The notes under the pieces were generated by a model. The model was not told the origin of the DNA and did no database searches. It worked only from the letters and a program-made list of their open reading frames with translations. A stretch of DNA of 32,677 nt, from positions 1 to 32,677 of the forward strand of contig PS015210.1 of assembly GCA_048213135.1 (NCBI GenBank), given 5' to 3'. Below are positions 25,173-32,677 of this stretch, piece by piece (the stretch's first letter is position 1; each line of letters starts with the position of its first letter). Made by a program: the position numbers and the translations under genes. The stretch is from Reclinomonas americana ATCC 50394 (Eukaryota).

Positions 25173-26326
25173 GGTGTTGGCCGTGGTGGTGGTGGTGGCG
25201 GCGGCGGTGGTGGNNNNNNNNNNNNNNNNNNNNNNNNNNNNNNNNNNNNNNNNNNNNNNNNNNNNNNNNNNNNNNNNNNNNNNNNNNNNNNNNNNNNNNN
25301 NNNNNNNNNNNNNNNNNNNNNNNNNNNNNNNNNNNNNNNNNNNNNNNNNNNNNNNNNNNNNNNNNNNNNNNNNNNNNNNNNNNNNNNNNNNNNNNNNNNN
25401 NNNNNNNNNNNNNNNNNNNNNNNNNNNNNNNNNNNNNNNNNNNNNNNNNNNNNNNNNNNNNNNNNNNNNNNNNNNNNNNNNNNNNNNNNNNNNNNNNNNN
25501 NNNNNNNNNNNNNNNNNNNNNNNNNNNNNNNNNNNNNNNNNNNNNNNNNNNNNNCGGTGTGGTGTATAATCCAGATTGCGGAGGATGGAGGCACACTGCC
25601 ACACATTAGTGTGTCGCGACCGGCCAATCGCATTCTCGTGGTGCCGCAGACACGACATGCGACCGTGTGCTGATGTTCAAATGGAAATGTAACAGCAGTG
25701 GCGTCTCGTTACACTGATGTCTGGATCATGCATAAACAAGCAGGTGGGAGAGGGACGGGGAAGGGGGAGAGGAGGCAAAACAGGATGAGAAAAAACGTGC
25801 AAAACAAGGGAGAGGGAACATTAGGATTGAGGGTGATTAGTGGTGGGTGGTGAGGAGCCGCGTCGGATGAACGGGCCTCAGATCAGAGAGTGCGAAAGAT
25901 GTGTGAGTTTAAAATCTTTCGGATTTAGTCCCTCCGCCGGCAGCGGTGAGGACAAGTATCGCGGTCAGCAGGTTGTAAACAACCGCCGACACGCGACACT
26001 CCACAAAGATTCACGTGCAAGTTGTGTGGTGAAAGTGCGCGTGCGTGTGTGTGTGTGTGTTGGTGCGTGTGAGAATGAGTGTGCGTGCGTGTGAAAAAAG
26101 CAAGAGGACAGGCTGCGGACATCAGGGTGAACGAGAGGAAAATATGGAAAGAGAGACAGAGGTAGTAGTAGTGCACACGGATCGTCAGAGTATTCTGCAA
26201 TCGGCAGACACATCGAGGTGCCGCCAATAACACACAAGATAGGGAGGGGAGAGGAGAGGGATGGGATGGGAGGGGAGGGTACGGGGGGGAAGGAGGAAGG
26301 GGGAGGGGGAGGGGGCAAGAGATGAC

Positions 26327-29300
26327 AATCGGCAGTACACAGAGGTCAAAACTTTTGCAAAGTCGACCCTGCGCCGCGGCAACACCAAAGAAAGACCAGC
26401 ACAAAATGACGCCCACACACTTGAGCGTCCCCGTGCAAGCCGGTGTTGCCGGGTCTGTGTGCCAATCATCATTCGCCGCCACCACCACCACCGCCACCGN
26501 NNNNNNNNNNNNNNNNNNNNNNNNNNNNNNNNNNNNNNNNNNNNNNNNNNNNNNNNNNNNNNNNNNNNNNNNNNNNNNNNNNNNNNNNNNNNNNNNNNNN
26601 NNNNNNNNNNNNNNNNNNNNNNNNNNNNNNNNNNNNNNNNNNNNNNNNNNNNNNNNNNNNNNNNNNNNNNNNNNNNNNNNNNNNNNNNNNNNNNNNNNNN
26701 NNNNNNNNNNNNNNNNNNNNNNNNNNNNNNNNNNNNNNNNNNNNNNNNNNNNNNNNNNNNNNNNNNNNNNNNNNNNNNNNNNNNNNNNNNNNNNNNNNNN
26801 NNNNNNNNNNNNNNNNNNNNNNNNNNNNNNNNNNNNNNNNNNNNNNNNNNNNNNNNNNNNNNNNNNNNNNNNNNNNNNNNNNNNNNNNNNNNNNNNNNNN
26901 NNNNNNNNNNCACGCGTCAGTCGTCCAATGGCAACAAACGTCTCTCTAGCTCCGTCAGACTCACCAAGTGCACAGTGGGTGCGCTAATGTATCCATCAAT
27001 CGTCGGCAGCAGCGTGCACTCCCACGACGTCTCCTGCTCACGCAGCACTCTGGTGGTCACACCGCACACCACCCAGCATGAGGTGTCGAACACCACACGG
27101 GCTCGGACCGCACCGTGACGCATGCGTCGCAGGGTTTGCTCGCGAGCCGCTGCACAGGCAGAGTGAGTGACGCAAGGGCTCTCTTCCACTCCCTCATCCC
27201 CTGCCCCCAATTCTCCGCACCAGCCACTGCGTTCTTGCTGACAGTCGACAACAAGTCGCCCGAGTTGCCTCGTCCTCGCCCGGATGGTGGCTGCCGATCG
27301 GGTCCATCGCCCTCGCCGAGAACGACTCCTGGGGGGAGAGCCACTCGGATGCGCATCAACAGCGGTGAGCTTACTCGTCCGCGCACCGGGAAACTGAGCT
27401 CGGCCGTACACAGGGCCTGTGCGTGTCATGTAGATGGTGATGGTGAGAGGCTGCAAACGCAATCAAACAAAAAGAACAGGATCAGCGCAACTGGCAGCAC
27501 AGTCGCCAGATCGATGGGATAATCAAAGTGATAGAGCCGAGTGTCGTCCGGCCGCCTGAGAGCCACATGCAGAACCGCACGAGAAGGCGAATGTAGTATG
27601 GGTTCGTCATTCGGCGACACGAATTGCAGATGGTGACACGCCGAGATCACATCGTGCCGTCTCAAAAGCTGTGCGCAAACACGATGGTCGGCACCCAGCA
27701 CACGCACACCGCATCGACCACCACACCCAATACCTGTCCAACAGCGGCCTCGGCCGCCTGAGAGGACTCGGCTCGCACATGCGGCGAGTCCACCTCCAGG
27801 TGCATCGACGCCACTTGCATCGGCAGGCGGCTGTCGAAAGTGAGTTTCGATTGCAACATGGTACCACTGTGCGCAGAGAAGAGAGTCAGTGTTGGTGGCT
27901 GGGAGGGGAGAGGGAGAAGAAAAGAAAGAAAGAAAAAGACTCACGCTTGGTGGGCGTAGTAGCCGCGCACGGCGAAATCAAAGGGCTCCACAAAGGTGAA
28001 TCGCACACTGGTCTGCGTCGTGTCAATCACGTGGCCGACGGACGAGTAGCGACACACTCGAATGATTAACTGGTGGAGGAGATGTGGAGGGTAAGGCATT
28101 TTCTCTTCCTAGCATGCACAAACAGGCACGATCGGGGCGCAACAGTATTGACAGGAGCCTTTGGTCGTCGTCGCTTGCTCACTGGGGCGGCAGCAGTTGC
28201 GGCAGCCGACGTCGGTGTGGTGATGGCAATCGAAGGCAGCGCAGGCTTTTGTGATGCACGACTTGCGCCGCCAACCACAGCGTCGCTCGACTGTGCGTGT
28301 GTTTACACACAAGGGTGAGTCAAAAGATGCTCGTCTCGCCCATTAAACAATTCGTAGCGCACCCTGTGAAGCGCCGTCGAGCTCGGCAGCATGCCTTCGT
28401 CTGCGCCGGCAACCCCCGCGGGTGCCTCTGTCGAGGAATGCGCTGAACTGCCGACCGGGTTCGCCGACGCAAACAACTGGCCGGACAGGGCACGCATCAC
28501 GGCCGGTGCTGCACACACGTGAAACAGAGAGACTGGGTAAGGGATCATCACAAATGGTATGGGTGGCGGTGATGATAAACACTCAACGGTGCGTCAGCGA
28601 GCCCCCAGCACCACCGCCTGCACCGCTACCGCTGGCGCCACTGCCGCCAGCACCACCACCACCGCCACCGCCAGCAGCAGCGCTACTGCCACTCATGCCG
28701 CTGCTGTTCGGACCGCCGGACCCACTGCTGCTGCGACCCGCGGTGACCTTTCGCGCTGCGCCACCGCCTGCAACAGAACCACCGGCAACGGCCGCGGCCG
28801 ACGACAGGGACTCATCTGAGGCGTCGACCTTGAGCGAAAAGCGCAAGCAAGCACCCCGTTCCAGGGCACCGAGGTGCACAGAGAGCAGTGTGCTGGGCGG
28901 ACTGCGAATGGTGGAGCGCACACTCGACAGAATGGTGCTCGGACCGCCGCCCTCCAGAATCGTCAGGTCCCCCATTTCGGAGCCTTCCGACGCGGAGACC
29001 AGCAGGCGCGAACCAGCCTCCAGATCCTCCTGCAAGTGCAGCACAAACTGCACGAACCCCGAGTGGCCGGCAAAGAACGTGTCTGTGGTGAGGACGCCAA
29101 CAAAGGGTAAGAACCATAAGAATGAGAGAGAGAAACAGATATATGAGATAGCGCTCAGGACGCACGTTTGTCGCACGGCAGCTCGAGCACGTAGGGTGGC
29201 GTGGCCGGTGCAATGACAAAGTGCACGGTTTGCGGCTGGCTCAGAATCTGCACAAAGTGCAGCATGCCGAACTCGAGAGCCACACGCTTGGCGGCGTACG

Positions 29301-31702
29301 AGCCCACCAGCGTGCCACCACCCTTGATGCACACCACAGTGATGGCGTGTGGCTGCAACACCACATTCTGCGCCACCAGCTCCTGATCGTACGGGACGGT
29401 CGAGGAGGTGTGTTGGGGCGAGAAATCGACCGGCAAGGCACGCAGTTCGCGCTCGTCCAGCATGTTTTCCGTCAGTCGCACCACGCTGACGCGCACGTTA
29501 TCGATTGGAACGGGCTGTGTGCGGGAAGAAAAGCGTGAGCATAATATTCTGGCGCGCTAGTGCAGGAGATGCACTGGATAGTTGGTGACGCAACGCAGGG
29601 GAAGCTGGAATAAATGTGCAGGTGCATCTCAAACTCCTCCTTGGCCTGCGTGTGGAAAAACGACTTGCCGTCCTCACCGGTGATGGCGTGCAGTGCCAAG
29701 TTCGGCTGCAAATCGCGCACCACAGCTGCAGTGGTGGAGAAAGGCGTGAGAGATGCAAGAAAGGAATGCATGCATGTAGAGACACAATATAGAAATGGAC
29801 GCAACGACGAGTGAGCACGTCGTGTGCCACACGTGACATCTCGCTAAAGTACTCCTGTCGCTGCCGATCCTCGGCCGCCAGCGAGTGCAGCAGACTGATG
29901 CACGTCAGCACGTACCTGATTGACACACGTCGGAATGAGTGACAAAACTGCGTTCATGAGATGGTGTGCACGTGATGGCACGCAACTCGGCATGGTGATC
30001 GAGTCGGTACTCGCACAGGGCCAACTTGATTTGCGTCGAGTGCACCAGTTCGGTCCAACCATTGTGCGCATAAATGGCGCACGTGGACTTGTACAGATGC
30101 TCGGCGTCCTCGTATCGCCGTTGTTTGCTGTGCACACAAGAGAGAAGAGAGATGAATACACACCACATGACGTCACGAAGGAAAACAGCACGTACACATG
30201 CATGTCGGCAATGTCGACACTGAGCATCGCACTGAAGCGGTGTCTGCCAGCTTGTGTGAACTCCACCTCTGCCGCCTTGGTTAGCAGCTGCGCAGTGCAT
30301 CCGCATGAGTGAGGAGGAAAGATAGCCTCTATTGCACGTAGAACACACGCACCATTGCCTGCTCGTCAACAAATGCAAGATCGGTAAGGTGTGGCGTCAC
30401 GTCCAACACAATCTCCGCCGGCGGCGCAGCTGCAGAGGCAGCCAGAGCTGTACGACAGACAGTGAGAAGAAAGGCATAACGTATCGCCACTGGTGACGTG
30501 AGGAGACGCACATCGCGGACTCGCACTGGTGGACGAGAGCAAATCAGTGAGACTGTCCTGTCGCAGCTGCGCCAGCCTCGGTGGAAGGCCACGACTCGGA
30601 CTGAACGACTGCGCCGCGTCGCTGGCGGCACTCTCGCTCTCTGTGGGACTCGTGCGCGCGCCACTCGACGCTCGTGAGGTGCTGTCGACCGTGGCACCGG
30701 CTGCGGACATTTCGTCGGCCAATTCGTACAGCTACGCAGTGCGAATGAGGAGGTTGACAACGCATGGTGCATTACACCCACTGCACCTTGTTGCGTGCGA
30801 GTAAGTATGCGTGTCCACACACGGCGGCCACACGCTGCATCCTGGTGTACGGCTTCAGTCGCTGCACCAGACTGATACACGCACGGTACGTCCACAGCGT
30901 CGCTGTCTGGTCGCCCTGCAAGTATCACCCCCGTTCAGGGCACACGCACGGTCACAACCGAACTGGATACTGCAACGCACCACTTTGTTCATGATTCGCT
31001 GCCGGAACGAGTGAATAAACTCCATGCCCATGACGGCTGCATCGTTCACCAGGCCCATGTGTAGTTGCAGCTGTGTGTATGCGATTGAGCGGCGGGCATG
31101 AAAAGAGAAAGCAAATGGCAGGCACACACACAAACCTCAAAGATGCACGCCCGAATGTATTGAAAGAACTCGGCCTCGGCAATCACACGCGCATAAATGC
31201 GTGCGTGGTAATCAATGTCATGAGTGCGCGGATCCGAGAAGAGGATCATCGGCGACTGAATGCACGCCGAGTCACCACCGAACGTAGGAAAACCTGCACT
31301 CTGCACGTGAGGAGAGTGTGTCGGAGAGGAAATGACAATCGCAATTATTGTCGCACCCGCCGATTCCGCCGCCGCCACTGTCTCCATGTACAGCCGCAGC
31401 GCCGTATCAAACGCACCCACCATCCAGTACGCATTGGCCATGCATTCCTGCATGTCCGTGAATGAGTGCGAGAGAAAGAGGAGGAGGAGAAAGAGCGAGA
31501 GAGAAACGGAACATTGAGCGCATAGTAGCGCGACCACATGCGTCCCGACTCCAACCGCGAGTCCTGCAACACCGTGGCAATGCTGGCCGCAATACGGTCG
31601 CACCGCTGCGACAACGACGCCGCCACACGCTCATAAATGTACTCGGAGAGCAGCGACGGCCACCCCGCTGCCTCGGGCGCACTCGGCGAGATGCGGAACA
31701 CG
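26327..31702 (-). CDS. TRAPPC10: TRAPPC10/Trs130 (TRAPP II subunit), middle and C-terminal exons; exact 3' end uncertain (gap 26500-26910)
   Basis: About 20 phase-consistent exons, including RLESGRMWSRYYALN|ECMANAYWMVGAFDTALRLYME, EAEFFQYIRAC, FTQAGRHRFSAMLSVDIADMH...YEDAEHLY...YAHNGW and the C-terminal WVVCG...LLPTIDGYISAPTVHL. Secure down to 26965; a further LCVLP exon near 26327-26370 is tentative. Confidence 0.75.
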
Positions 31703-31975
31703 CTGCACCAGCCGTGAGCCATGCACAATGACAGCAAAGGAGACAAGAANNNNNNNNNNNNNNNNNNNNNNNNNNNNNNNNNNNNNNNNNNNNNNNNNNN
31801 NNNNNNNNNNNNNNNNNNNNNNNNNNNNNNNNNNNNNNNNNNNNNNNNNNNNNNNNNNNNNNNNNNNNNNNNNNNNNNNNNNNNNNNNNNNGAGAGACCT
31901 GTGTATTCTCATCGAGTGTGGTGTGTGCAAAACAGAGACAATGCGCTCGCTCTTTCTCACTCTCTTTCTCGCACA

Positions 31976-32665
31976 ATGCTGGCCAGTGCAGCGCCCAACT
32001 CACTGGTGGTTCCACTGAGACCACATGTGGGAGGTATGCACGCGCGTGCGTGCGTCTGTCTGTGCCTTGCCTGTCTCTCACACTCTCTCTCACACAGTGA
32101 TTGATGACTCGCACTTGTGGGAGCTCGTGGAACCAATGGTGAAGCGCGGTCTGCCGCTCTTGTCGCGCAAGTTTGTGCTGCAGAATGGCGCTGAGCATGT
32201 CACAGAAGGAGTTGCGCGTGTGTGTGTCTGAGAGAGAGTGTGTGCATTGTGTGATTGATTGATTGTTGTGTCACGCAGGTGAGCTTTGACTTTGTGCAAG
32301 TCGCCGAGCTCGACTATATGCTGTACACGGACCCGGCGCGTGACAGTGACGACAAGTACTTTCGCATGCCGCTCTGCTATCTCTACGTGCTGCAGTGTGA
32401 GGTGCGCGCGCACAATTCTCCTTCCTTGTCCATCTCTCTGTCTCTCGCGGCCTCATGCGCGCTCGTTCCCGCAGTCGCCGCAAGTGTTCAAGGCCGAGAC
32501 CAATACCAAGCTGAAGAACTGGGTCGCCAACATCTCCGCTTTCACCGAGTACATTATCTTGTATGTGACGCTGGGGCAGACGACGGAGGCGTCGTCGTCG
32601 CAGGAGAAGGGCTATCGCAAGGTGTTTGACAGTCTGAAGAAGGATTTCAGCAGCAAGAAGGAGCG
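31976..32665 (+). CDS. TRAPPC10: TRAPPC10/Trs130 N-terminal exons (4), on the opposite strand to the rest of the gene
   Basis: MLASAAPN...HVG|VIDDSHLWELVEPMVKRGLPL...EG|VSFDFVQ...YFRMPLCYLYVLQCE|SPQVFKAETNTKLKNWV...EYIILYV...KVFDSLKKDFSSKKER matches the Trs130 N-terminal layout. It ends at a phase-2 GT donor at 32666. Confidence 0.78.
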
Positions 32666-32677
32666 GTGCGCGTGCTT

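Noticed and set aside
25555-26090. Independent small gene or ncRNA between importin-alpha and TRAPPC10
   Set aside because: No coding-like composition, recognisable RNA motif or convincing hairpin; consistent with convergent 3' UTR/intergenic sequence.

Overview
Gene-dense, intron-rich, GC-rich eukaryotic (protist-type) scaffold using the standard genetic code, with eight N-gaps. The ORF track is mostly spurious because genes are cut by roughly 80 short GT-AG introns, so I spliced them by hand. In order: two hypothetical genes, a PPP1R36-like gene, a secreted saposin-like protein, an HBS1-type translational GTPase that appears to start with an FHA domain, SECIS-binding protein 2, an MLF-family protein, a secreted histidine acid phosphatase, an EEF1AKMT4/METTL13-type methyltransferase, importin-alpha, and TRAPPC10/Trs130, whose first exons lie on the opposite strand from the rest. 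The most striking signal is an atypical 5' splice-site class, GTTGCGY (23 donors, about a quarter of those I could place). It is the usual GTGCGY with one extra T, so the conserved +5 G sits at +6, and it nearly always follows an exon that does not end in G. All family calls come from recognising motifs by eye; no database search was run.
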